From Candidatus Bathyarchaeota archaeon (GTDB taxonomy: Archaea > Thermoproteota > Bathyarchaeia > 40CM-2-53-6): a stretch of DNA of 61,237 nucleotides. The notes under the pieces were generated by a model. The model saw only the letters and a program-made list of their open reading frames with translations. It was not told the DNA's origin and searched no databases. Shown here in pieces: positions 48,873-58,011 of the stretch (the stretch's first letter is position 1; each line of letters starts with the position of its first letter). Made by a program: the position numbers and the translations under genes. The stretch is from contig VBAX01000050.1 in NCBI GenBank assembly GCA_005883075.1, positions 3,226-64,462 on the forward strand. Direction: 5' to 3'.

Positions 48873-50657
48873 TTGTTCTATTCGCGGATAGTCGAGACGT
48901 ACGCCAAGATCGAGGCGACCACAAAACGACTGGAGATCACTCGCCTTCTCGTCGAACTCATAGACGCTACTCCACACTCGATTATAGATAAGGTAGTTTA
49001 TCTTACTCAGGGAAAGCTATACCCAGATTTTCTCGGAATTGAGCTAGGAGTAGCAGAGAAGCTCCTGTTTCGTGCCCTTGCCAGAGTAACCGGACAAGCC
49101 GAATCAAATGTTGCAACTCTTTACAAAAAACTGGGCGACCTGGGAACAATTGCGGAGCAACTCTTCAAAGACAAAACCCAGGTCTCCTTTCAGAGAGAGG
49201 CCCTCTCCGTGGAGGAAATCTACAACGTCTTCAACATCATAGCGCATGAGAAAGGCCAGGGCTCCATCGACTCTAAGCTTAAACATTTGACAAGCCTCTT
49301 GGGGAAAGCTTCCCCGACTGAGGCGAAATACATCACTCGAATGGCTCTTGGCCGGCTCCGACTTGGAGTCGCCGACATGACCATCCTTGACGCTCTCGCG
49401 ATTTCCCTCGGGCGTGGAAAAGAGTCAAGGCCCACTCTAGAGCGTGCCTACAACCGCACATCGGACCTCGGTTACGTCGCTAGAACTCTCGCAACTGGAG
49501 GAATGGAAGCAATTGAATCGCTCAAGGTTACGGTCGGTAGACCTATCCGGCCGATGCTCGCAGAACGACTCTCCGACTCGAAAGAGATCCTTGCTAAGAT
49601 GAACGGCGAGTGTGCCGCCGAGTACAAGTACGACGGCCTAAGGATTCAAGCACATGTCTCCGCTAAGGAGATCACTCTCTTCTCCAGACGCCTTGAGAAC
49701 ATCACTGACCAATTTCCAGACGTGCAACAACTATTGAAGAATAACTTGGAGGGAACAGCGTTAATTCTTGAAGGCGAAGCAGTTCCGGTTGACCAATCGA
49801 CAGGTGAACTTCTCCCATTCCAGCTGATCTCCCAACGGAGAGGCCGAAAATATGACATTGAAGGAACGATTAAGGACATACCGGTTGCTTTCTATCCCTT
49901 TGATCTTCTACACGCCGACGAGATTGACTATACCGACCGTCCTTACCTTGAGAGACGCGAACGTCTTCGAAGGCTGATTCGGAAGAATGAAAGACTTGAC
50001 CTAGCGAGACAGAAGATTTGCAATGACCCAGTGCAACTAGATGAATTCATGCAGGACGCGGTCGCAGATGGTTGTGAAGGCTTAATGATCAAATCCATTG
50101 ATCCCTTCTCGACGTACAAAGCAGGAGCAAGAGGATGGACATGGATCAAATACAAGCGGGAATATAAATCGGAAATGCAAGACAGCGTCGACCTAGCTGT
50201 TGTGGGAGCGTTCGCTGGCCGGGGACGGCGAGGAGGAGCATACGGCGCCCTGCTTCTTGCCGCTTACGACAAGAGCAACGATGTATTCAGAACTGTCTGC
50301 AAATGCGGGTCCGGGTTTACCGATAAAGACTTGGATGAATTGCCAAAGCTTCTTGAGAAGTATAGAGTAGATCACGTCCACCCGAGAGTGGATTCCAAGA
50401 TTGAGGCTGACGCATGGCTCGTTCCAGGACTCGTGCTCGAGATAGTTGGAGCCGAGATCACACTGAGCCCTATCCACACTTGTGGAATGAACAGTATCAG
50501 GCCGGGAGCTGGACTGGCCGTGAGGTTCCCACGGTTTACTGGAAAATATCGCGAAGACAAATCAGCTGAAGACTGCACCACGTCGAACGAAATAGTGGAA
50601 ATGTACCGTGCTCAGCTGAAGAAGGTCTCAGAGAGTCCTTCAGCAGAAGCAGCTTGA
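48873..50657 (+). CDS. lig: ATP-dependent DNA ligase
   Basis: EYKYDG, EGEAV, EGLMIK, WIKYK and VRFPRF motifs. Confidence 0.97.
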   Translation: MFYSRIVETYAKIEATTKRLEITRLLVELIDATPHSIIDKVVYLTQGKLYPDFLGIELGVAEKLLFRALARVTGQAESNVATLYKKLGDLGTIAEQLFKDKTQVSFQREALSVEEIYNVFNIIAHEKGQGSIDSKLKHLTSLLGKASPTEAKYITRMALGRLRLGVADMTILDALAISLGRGKESRPTLERAYNRTSDLGYVARTLATGGMEAIESLKVTVGRPIRPMLAERLSDSKEILAKMNGECAAEYKYDGLRIQAHVSAKEITLFSRRLENITDQFPDVQQLLKNNLEGTALILEGEAVPVDQSTGELLPFQLISQRRGRKYDIEGTIKDIPVAFYPFDLLHADEIDYTDRPYLERRERLRRLIRKNERLDLARQKICNDPVQLDEFMQDAVADGCEGLMIKSIDPFSTYKAGARGWTWIKYKREYKSEMQDSVDLAVVGAFAGRGRRGGAYGALLLAAYDKSNDVFRTVCKCGSGFTDKDLDELPKLLEKYRVDHVHPRVDSKIEADAWLVPGLVLEIVGAEITLSPIHTCGMNSIRPGAGLAVRFPRFTGKYREDKSAEDCTTSNEIVEMYRAQLKKVSESPSAEAA

Positions 50658-51478
50658 TCTTGAGATCTCAATATCGATTCCCCGACCGTATGCGTCCCGC
50701 AACGGTCCAAGAGAGATACGAATTCTACCATCAAGAGTTCAGGACAAATCTTGTGCGAGAATGGTTTCGAGGCTGGACAACACCAATAGTTTTCGCGGTA
50801 GTTATCGGACGGCATACCAAGATCTTTCCGGTTGAATATCGAAGGGAGAGATCCCGAACAATTCTCATTGATGAATACGAAGGGTTGCGGGATCTCCGGC
50901 AATATTGCATGGAATTCCGGCCCGAGTCAGTATATTACGACAGGAACTTATACAGGAACTGGAACGAAGCGAGACGTGGCCAATACAAAATCGAAGAGCT
51001 AGGCAAATCGTTCGGCCAACAACTGGCTTTCGACATTGATCCCGAGAATTTCGAGTGTCCAATACACGGGACGCTTGGGAAAAAACTCAGCAAACGCCAA
51101 GGACTGTCCTTTTGTAGATTGGAACTCCAATTGGCCCAAGAACAGGCACTCGAGTTGATCGACGAACTGTCTGAATATTTCGGAGAACTCCGGCTGGTTT
51201 ACTCTGGAAGGGGGTTCCATGTTCACGTTCTAGACGATGCTACGTTCTTCTGGACACGGAGGCAACGGCTTACGATGATTCGTTCGCTTGTTCGAAGAGG
51301 ATATCTGATGGATGAGTGGGTCGCAGGCGGAGCGATGAGATTGATCAGACTGCCCCACTCCCTCAACGGCTTGGTTAGTCGACTCGCAATACCGTTGGAC
51401 GGGATCGAGTCCCGTTCTCTAGACCTCGTATCTGATTCTCGCTGTATCCCTGGTTTCGTACGGACCCCAAAGCGTTAG
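50654..51478 (+). CDS. Archaeo-eukaryotic primase small-subunit-like protein (PriS-like)
   Basis: LAFDID (motif A), SGRGFH (motif B), DEWV..MRLIRLPHSL (motif C) and CPIHG...FC; overlaps the lig stop. Confidence 0.82.
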   Translation: MILRSQYRFPDRMRPATVQERYEFYHQEFRTNLVREWFRGWTTPIVFAVVIGRHTKIFPVEYRRERSRTILIDEYEGLRDLRQYCMEFRPESVYYDRNLYRNWNEARRGQYKIEELGKSFGQQLAFDIDPENFECPIHGTLGKKLSKRQGLSFCRLELQLAQEQALELIDELSEYFGELRLVYSGRGFHVHVLDDATFFWTRRQRLTMIRSLVRRGYLMDEWVAGGAMRLIRLPHSLNGLVSRLAIPLDGIESRSLDLVSDSRCIPGFVRTPKR

Positions 51479-51621
51479 TGCTTTAGTGATTTCCGCGCCG
51501 ATTTTTTCGCGGGCTTCTTTGCCTTTTTCTTCGCAACTTTCTTTGCCTTGGTCTCTTTTCCAGCATAGTAATAGTATGCTTTTCGTTTCTTTGCCACGGT
51601 ATCGGAACGTTTCACAGGCAT
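51475..51621 (-). CDS. 48-aa Lys/Ala-rich basic miniprotein (not in track)
   Basis: My translation: MPVKRSDTVAKKRKAYYYYAGKETKAKKVAKKKAKKPAKKSARKSLKH*. Confidence 0.6.
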   Translation of the reverse strand: MPVKRSDTVAKKRKAYYYYAGKETKAKKVAKKKAKKPAKKSARKSLKH

Positions 51622-51673
51622 AGGCCGTGATTTGTCCGCTGGACTGTCTTAACGTTTTGGAGACGAGTTGGGG

Positions 51674-52849
51674 CTAGGCGCTCTCGAGCATGGAAATTAT
51701 TCGTTTGTGAGTCCCATCTATGCTGTCGATGCCCGTGTTTAGAAGCAGGCATTTGACGTGGAACTTGGAAATCATTCGCCGGAAGAACTGTTCTTGGCGA
51801 GCATGGTCCAATAGTAGTAGATAGGGGTTGTACCAGGGTTCACTTGCTAGCTTCCCCCACATCTCTTTCGGACCTGCACCGGGGCGTACCATGTACTCTC
51901 CCTTTCTGAGGATCTTTATCGCCTCATCCGCGTCTAAGCGGACTTCTGGTGGACTTTTGTCGTCTCTTCGCAAGAGAACTAGGAGCTTGATTCTTGCTTG
52001 ATCTGTAACCTTTCCAGGCCCAAATACTCTTTCTCGAGGGACGAGTGCCCTGCTGTTTCCGAAAGCGTAGTAGCACCATTGAAGCCCTTCATCGAACACA
52101 CACTTGCCACCTGTTAGCTTGCAACCTGTAAGGCCGTCGGTGAACTCGCAATTCTCTTTATTCGTAGTGACGTTTTCGCATTTGTTCTCGTCGAAGATCT
52201 TTCGAAGCCATGGCTTGCTCATCTGCGTTTCTGTTCTCATGTAGAGGCTTTTCTCAGGCTGCCTACCGATCAGGTAGCCGAGTTGTTCTCCTTCATTGTG
52301 GTCAATGTACACCCAATCGTCTCCAACAATTCTCCCTCCTGGAAGCTCCATCAGTTTGAACGCCTGAGTTGTCTTGCCCGTACCTGTTGGAGCAACAATG
52401 ATGACCCCCCTCCCCGAAACGTCGACGCAGGCTCCGTGTATGGAATGAGTATTCCGGGTCTCCTCCATGATTGCCGCAGCCATGCCCAGGGCCCAGCTTT
52501 TGCACTGTCCGTAATATTCCGTGTTGAAGAAAACTGACTCGTGCGTTTCGGGGCAGTAGTACGCGGCAGGCTCGTGTCCCTCAACCCCGAACGCTGAGTA
52601 GATCCTTGCGTCAGGGCGGGAGGAATCAAGAGCTTCCTTCCAGTTTAGCTTCCAAAAATCGTACTGATGTTTGCTGTTTCCGTAAAACTCGACTGTAACG
52701 CCGTTGAGGTTAGCCTTAGACCTTAATGCGCGGGATTCTAGGAGCTTTTTCTCAACCACTGCCTTGAGCGTTTCAAACTTCGCTCTTGGTACGTTCTTGT
52801 CGCTTTTGACTCGAGCGGTGGACGCCGTGACATGGTTGTTCAGTTTCAC
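51674..52849 (-). CDS. HPr-kinase/PEP-carboxykinase-like P-loop protein with Cys-rich insert
   Basis: IHGACV, APTGTGKTT Walker A and GDDW motifs. Confidence 0.75.
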   Translation of the reverse strand: MKLNNHVTASTARVKSDKNVPRAKFETLKAVVEKKLLESRALRSKANLNGVTVEFYGNSKHQYDFWKLNWKEALDSSRPDARIYSAFGVEGHEPAAYYCPETHESVFFNTEYYGQCKSWALGMAAAIMEETRNTHSIHGACVDVSGRGVIIVAPTGTGKTTQAFKLMELPGGRIVGDDWVYIDHNEGEQLGYLIGRQPEKSLYMRTETQMSKPWLRKIFDENKCENVTTNKENCEFTDGLTGCKLTGGKCVFDEGLQWCYYAFGNSRALVPRERVFGPGKVTDQARIKLLVLLRRDDKSPPEVRLDADEAIKILRKGEYMVRPGAGPKEMWGKLASEPWYNPYLLLLDHARQEQFFRRMISKFHVKCLLLNTGIDSIDGTHKRIISMLESA

Positions 52850-53739
52850 GTGTCATGGCTCCGCGTTGACAGAGCGGCAATAGCCTCGAATATGACCTTT
52901 ACACCGACCGCGGCTGTCTGGCCTGAATCCAGCTGTGGTGACACCTCGACGAGGTCGAACCCGACGGTGTTCTTTTCCATTGATGCATCGACCAACGTAA
53001 GAAGCTCGTCTGTTGAAAGGCCATCCGGCTCAGGATTTCCGACACCTGGAGCAAACGCTGGATCCAGCACGTCGATATCTACTGTCACATAGCTCTGCGA
53101 AAATCCGGACAGGAATCCTCTGATTCTCTGAGCGGTCTTTGAAATTCCCGCTTCCCTCAAATCCTGTGGAGTAATCATCGTGACCCCTGATTTCCTTGTG
53201 AAGTCGAGCTCCGGCTTGGAGAAAGCGCGGATTCCGACTTCCATGATGTGATCCGAGCCAAGCCGCTCGGACACCCTCCGCATGAAGGTCGCATGAGAGA
53301 GTTTCTCTCCCAGAAACTCATCCCGCAGGTCAAGATGGGCGTCAAAGCTCACGAGGCCTGTGTCCTCCGGCAAGGCATCAGCGGCCGCTTTGGTTATGGA
53401 ATGCTCTCCGCCAACCATGATAGGAATCTTGTTTGAGTCTAACAGTTCAGAACAAACAGACTTGACTCTACCGAGAGTCTCTACGAGATTCTCAACAATA
53501 TCAACATCTCCCCAGTCGTGAACCGCGACTTGCTCTAGATCTACCTTTGACCTAACGCTGTAGAGTTCCATGTTCGCCGAAACATCTCGGAGGGCTCCGG
53601 GGGCAAATCTCGATCCGGCTTTGTAAGTGCTAGTCTTGTCGTAAGGGACACCGAAAAAGACGAAGCGTGACTTGTCATATGCCGATGATATCCCGGTGAA
53701 TGGAACTCTAGGTGATAGGTAGAGTTTCGCTCGGCTCAA
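52846..53739 (-). CDS. speB: Agmatinase
   Basis: GGEHS, DAHLD, DIDVLDP and GFDLVEV motifs; GSRFAP. Confidence 0.92.
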   Translation of the reverse strand: MSRAKLYLSPRVPFTGISSAYDKSRFVFFGVPYDKTSTYKAGSRFAPGALRDVSANMELYSVRSKVDLEQVAVHDWGDVDIVENLVETLGRVKSVCSELLDSNKIPIMVGGEHSITKAAADALPEDTGLVSFDAHLDLRDEFLGEKLSHATFMRRVSERLGSDHIMEVGIRAFSKPELDFTRKSGVTMITPQDLREAGISKTAQRIRGFLSGFSQSYVTVDIDVLDPAFAPGVGNPEPDGLSTDELLTLVDASMEKNTVGFDLVEVSPQLDSGQTAAVGVKVIFEAIAALSTRSHDT

Positions 53740-53815
53740 TTCTGCTCGACACCGTGCGGGAAGTCGTTGTAAAGCTTATTGGGGAAGATGCTGACCCGGC
53801 GTCCGAACACAAACA

Positions 53816-54232
53816 ATGCCTAAGCAAGACACCAAGCAGGAGCCGAGAGACAAGGCAATCTCCGGAGGAGTGATACGCCCAGTTGGTCTCTCCTTCTCCT
53901 CGTTCTTCTACGCCGCCTCGGGTCTCTACTACCTCATCTATCCTATCGTAATACAGGACACGACACTCTACCCGTTATACATCATCGGAGCCTTGTCTAT
54001 AGTCGGGTCCGTGGGAATAATGAGGGTGACGAGATGGGGTCTATGGGTCGGCCTGGCTCTCTTTCCGCTCCAGATAGTAGCCCCTGCGTTCGCTCTAATG
54101 ACCACCCTCCAATACCCAGGGGTAGCCTCAAGCAGCATCGCGCTAGCCTACATTGTATCACTTGTGATCTTGATGTTCTTTGCATCCCTGACTTTCCTTC
54201 TCGTTCTAGACAAGAGAAGGAGCTTCAAGTAG
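53816..54232 (+). CDS. Four-TM membrane hypothetical protein
   Basis: Four hydrophobic segments. Confidence 0.7.
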   Translation: MPKQDTKQEPRDKAISGGVIRPVGLSFSSFFYAASGLYYLIYPIVIQDTTLYPLYIIGALSIVGSVGIMRVTRWGLWVGLALFPLQIVAPAFALMTTLQYPGVASSSIALAYIVSLVILMFFASLTFLLVLDKRRSFK

Positions 54233-56357
54233 CAGCGAGAGCTTCCCGAGGTATTTGTATGGGAATCTTGCTCTTGCTGGAACCTGGCTTCACTTCTCTA
54301 GCTTTCGTTGCATAGCAACGTGGACACGAGACTAGCGGTCGACGTCCTCTTGACCTCGCTTGGACCATCTGAAATCCACAAGCACTGCAACGGCGCTTCA
54401 AGAGCGTAAGATTGCCGAATTGAGGCAATGGAAGAGTAAAATTGCATCCGGTTTGCCATTTGCCGTTGCAACCGATGAATCTTTTGCCACTCCCGCGACT
54501 GCGAACGACAGCAAGTTTCAGCCCGCATTTCGGACAGGAAGTGTCAAAGGTGACGTCCTCTGCTCTTTGTGTCACAATAACATCTGAGAGCTGAGAACCG
54601 ATCTCCTCTTCATTTTCTGCCAACGCGAGCATAATTGGTCGAAGATGATCAAGCGCTTCCACTAGAACGCCACGTCTAGACGCTGTTCCATTCTGGATGC
54701 CTTGCATCAAGTTCTCTAGATTCGCTGTGAAGGATGAGTCGATAATCAGAGGGCAATACGTCGAAAGAGTGTCAGTCACCTCGCCGGCGAGATCGCTCGC
54801 GCTCATCCGTTCTTCCCTAACGTACCCTCGCGCGTAGAGAAGGTCGATGATACCTGCTCTCGTAGCCTTCGTACCGATGTTGGCGTCTTCCATTTTCTTC
54901 AGCAAGCTACTTGGATTGTAACGATGAGGCGGTTGGGTGAATTTCTCGACAGTTTTGATGCCCTGAATTTTGGCTCTGTCACCAATTCTGAAGTCAGGTA
55001 GGGGTCTCGCATCATCGAGTGTGTACGGTCGATAGTACTCAATCCAACCCATCTTGATCACGCGAGACCCCGAGAGAAAGAATCTGTGGTTGTTGTGGGT
55101 GAGAATTATTCGGGAACTCGTTTTGAGGCTGGAATCAGCAAATGTGGCCATGAATCGTCGCGAAATGAGATCGTATAATTTGGCCTCTCCGCCTGACAGG
55201 GGTCGCTTGGGAGATTCGCCGGTAGGAAAGATTGCAGGATGAGCGGGGTCATTTTTGGGACCATTGTTCGGGCGAAGATACCCCCGAGTCATGAGCTTGG
55301 CGACTAAACGTTGGTAGGCTGTGCAAGATGCGATTCCCCCCAAGATTTCAGCGTACCCGATATCAGGGGGAAGTTTCTGGCTAGAGGTCCTAGGGTAGGA
55401 GATGAGCGCGTCGAGGTACAATCTCTCAGCGGACGCGAGGGTTCTCGCGGGAGAGTATCCAAAGTATCGATAGGCTTCGGATTGAAGGCTCGACAAGTCA
55501 AACGGGTAAGGAGGATATTGCTGAATCTCGCGGGATTCTATTGCTTTGACGTCGAGTAGAACATCTTTGCACTCGTCGCAAACGCTTTTTGCTTTTGCTT
55601 TAGATGTGATCTTGTCCTTTTCGTATTCTAGACTGTAAGTCTTATCGTCGTGAACGATTGTCGCCTCTATTGTCCAAAATGGAACCGGGACAAAACAGGA
55701 TATCTCTTCTTCTCGCTCTACAACGAAGCCTAGGGTAGGGCCTTGTACTCTCCCAGTGCTGAGGGTAGCGTAGCCTCTCCCTTGCCTTAGCGCGGATTCA
55801 GTCAGTAGCCGTGAGAGATTGATGCCGTAAAGCCAATCTAGCTCGTGGCGACACTTTCCGGCATCTACCAAAGGTAGTTCCGTTTTTGAATCGAGCTTTT
55901 GAAAGGCGAATCGAAGCTCTCTCTCCGTCATTGTGCTGAACTTCATCCTGAGCGCCTTAGTGTGGGCCCCGTTACAGGCGTATTGTAGAATCGTGTGGCC
56001 GATGACCGATCCTTCAAGGTCATAATCGCACGCGTTGATGTAGCGATCTACGTTTGTTGCGATCGATCCGATGACCTGAACCCATCGAGCCAGTCCCGCG
56101 GAGGCTCGATCAACTAGATGTTTCGGTGCCCAATGGTAATCCCAGACAGGGTAGGAACGTCTACTGGATCGACCTTTCGAGTGCACTCCATAGAGGTGTC
56201 CAAGGGCTGAGCAGACGATGAGCCGGCCTCTTTTTGTGTGGCACTCGAAGTAGGGAACGCCCTGCGATTCTAGTTTTCGAGGAAGGTTCTCTTCATCGAG
56301 CGCTCTAGCGACTCTTTGAGCGGCGTCGGGCTTCTCGCAAACGACTAGGGTCTTAAT
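54225..56357 (-). CDS. topA: DNA topoisomerase I (type IA), probable ATT start
   Basis: The toprim N-terminus (I)KTLVVCEKP...GHL lies upstream of the track start. Also DYDLEG, GRVQGP, ISYPRT (catalytic Tyr) and C-terminal Zn ribbons. Confidence 0.94.
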   Translation of the reverse strand: MKTLVVCEKPDAAQRVARALDEENLPRKLESQGVPYFECHTKRGRLIVCSALGHLYGVHSKGRSSRRSYPVWDYHWAPKHLVDRASAGLARWVQVIGSIATNVDRYINACDYDLEGSVIGHTILQYACNGAHTKALRMKFSTMTERELRFAFQKLDSKTELPLVDAGKCRHELDWLYGINLSRLLTESALRQGRGYATLSTGRVQGPTLGFVVEREEEISCFVPVPFWTIEATIVHDDKTYSLEYEKDKITSKAKAKSVCDECKDVLLDVKAIESREIQQYPPYPFDLSSLQSEAYRYFGYSPARTLASAERLYLDALISYPRTSSQKLPPDIGYAEILGGIASCTAYQRLVAKLMTRGYLRPNNGPKNDPAHPAIFPTGESPKRPLSGGEAKLYDLISRRFMATFADSSLKTSSRIILTHNNHRFFLSGSRVIKMGWIEYYRPYTLDDARPLPDFRIGDRAKIQGIKTVEKFTQPPHRYNPSSLLKKMEDANIGTKATRAGIIDLLYARGYVREERMSASDLAGEVTDTLSTYCPLIIDSSFTANLENLMQGIQNGTASRRGVLVEALDHLRPIMLALAENEEEIGSQLSDVIVTQRAEDVTFDTSCPKCGLKLAVVRSRGSGKRFIGCNGKWQTGCNFTLPLPQFGNLTLLKRRCSACGFQMVQARSRGRRPLVSCPRCYATKAREVKPGSSKSKIPIQIPREALAAT

Positions 56358-56612
56358 CTACTTCCACTTCTCCGGATTGCGAATGAGGAACTGCGCCATC
56401 TCTCTGACACGATCACCAGTTTCAGGCAGTGCAACTAGTCGCTTGAGAAAATCCTCGGTCGTCAGGCTGCCATATGCGGCGGACCAGAGAGGGTAGGCAT
56501 CTTTGACCTTGTCGTAAACCTTTGAGTGATTGGCACAAAGACCTGCGGGGGTTTCTACAATTTTCATTCCACAGACAGCGCACTGATCCAGATCTTGTCT
56601 CTCCAATCTCAC
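56358..56612 (-). CDS. Small hypothetical protein (CxxC...CxxH)
   Basis: CAVCG and LCANH motifs; abuts topA. Confidence 0.7.
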   Translation of the reverse strand: MRLERQDLDQCAVCGMKIVETPAGLCANHSKVYDKVKDAYPLWSAAYGSLTTEDFLKRLVALPETGDRVREMAQFLIRNPEKWK

Positions 56613-56763
56613 GATACCTTCACCATCAGAGCCTATTGATTCGAGTCTGAATCCGTAATCTCCACCTATAGATGTGAGTCCACATCAAATGTCCTAGCAA
56701 TCATGCCTGAGGCAAACTGTTTTAACTGTATTACCGTAAAATGGTCCGCTGGAAGTTCAACCA

Positions 56764-58011
56764 TTGGCAGACAAAAGAGCAGTATTACTAATCATCGACG
56801 GAATGGCTGATCGGCCCCTGATCGATCACGACTACAAAACACCTCTGGAATACGCGAACACTCCTAATATGGACAGGCTGGCAAAAGGAGGACTCGTTGG
56901 CCAACTCGACCCTATCTCTCCCGGTGTACGCGCGGGAAGCGATGTCGCAAATCTAGCCCTGCTTGGATACGACCCAGCCAAGTACTACACGGGAAGAGGT
57001 GCACTAGAGGCAATGGGTGCTGGAATCGAGCTTCGCCCAGGCGATGTGGCGTTTCGATGCAACTTCGCCACAGTTGATGATGACTTCCGCGTAGAAGATA
57101 GGCGCGCCGGACGAATCAGAAAAGGAACCTCGAAACTTGCCAAGGTGGTTGACGCAATCAAGATCGATGGCGTGCCGGGGGTCAGGACCATTTTCAAGGC
57201 CACGGTCGATCATAGAGCCGTCTTGGTCTTGCGTGGAGAGAAGTTGTCGAGAATGGTGTCCGATGTCGACCCGAAAGAGGAAGGTGCGAAAATCGCAATT
57301 TCAAAAGCCCTTGATGGAAGCGAGGAAGCGAAACGAACGTCTGCCGCAATTAATGAATTCGTCAAGAGGTCTCATGAGGCGTTGCGGGAACATCCATTGA
57401 ATCAAGAACGAGCGAATAATGGTGAAAAGGCCGCCAACATTGTTCTAACAAGGGGAGCGGGAACAATTCCAAACCTTCCAAGCTTCAAGTCAATGTTCGA
57501 CCTCAGAGGAACATGCATCTCAGGAACGCCGATGGTCCAAGGAATAGCTATGGCCGCGGGGATGGAGGTTATGGATATCAAGGGTGCAACTGGCGGGATC
57601 AAGACAGATTACGAAGCAAAGGCAAAGGCAGTCATCGAAGGAAGCAAGGACAAGAACTTTGTTCTAGTTCACGTAAAAGCGCCCGATATCGCGGGCCACG
57701 ACGGCGATTTCAAAGGTAAGGTCAGAACCTTGGAAGAGGTGGACACACTTGTCGGCCACATCATCGATGAAGTCGACATTGGGCTCAACTATGTCGCGCT
57801 GACAGCCGATCACGCTACCCCGGTCGGATATGGCGCTCATACCGGCGACCCGGTCCCGGTCATAATAGGTGGTCCAGATGTCCCAGCAAGCCGTGTTCTC
57901 AAGCTCAGCGAAGCATCGGCGGCCAGGGGAAATCTTGGAAGGATACGCGGACTTGACCTGATGCCCATAGTCACGGACCTTGTTGGGCGAAGTCGGCTCT
58001 ACGGCTCATAG
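56764..58011 (+). CDS. apgM: 2,3-bisphosphoglycerate-independent phosphoglycerate mutase (ApgM family)
   Basis: IIDGMAD, GSDVA, GRGALEA, AFRCN, DIAGHDG and TADHATP motifs. Confidence 0.92.
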   Translation: MADKRAVLLIIDGMADRPLIDHDYKTPLEYANTPNMDRLAKGGLVGQLDPISPGVRAGSDVANLALLGYDPAKYYTGRGALEAMGAGIELRPGDVAFRCNFATVDDDFRVEDRRAGRIRKGTSKLAKVVDAIKIDGVPGVRTIFKATVDHRAVLVLRGEKLSRMVSDVDPKEEGAKIAISKALDGSEEAKRTSAAINEFVKRSHEALREHPLNQERANNGEKAANIVLTRGAGTIPNLPSFKSMFDLRGTCISGTPMVQGIAMAAGMEVMDIKGATGGIKTDYEAKAKAVIEGSKDKNFVLVHVKAPDIAGHDGDFKGKVRTLEEVDTLVGHIIDEVDIGLNYVALTADHATPVGYGAHTGDPVPVIIGGPDVPASRVLKLSEASAARGNLGRIRGLDLMPIVTDLVGRSRLYGS

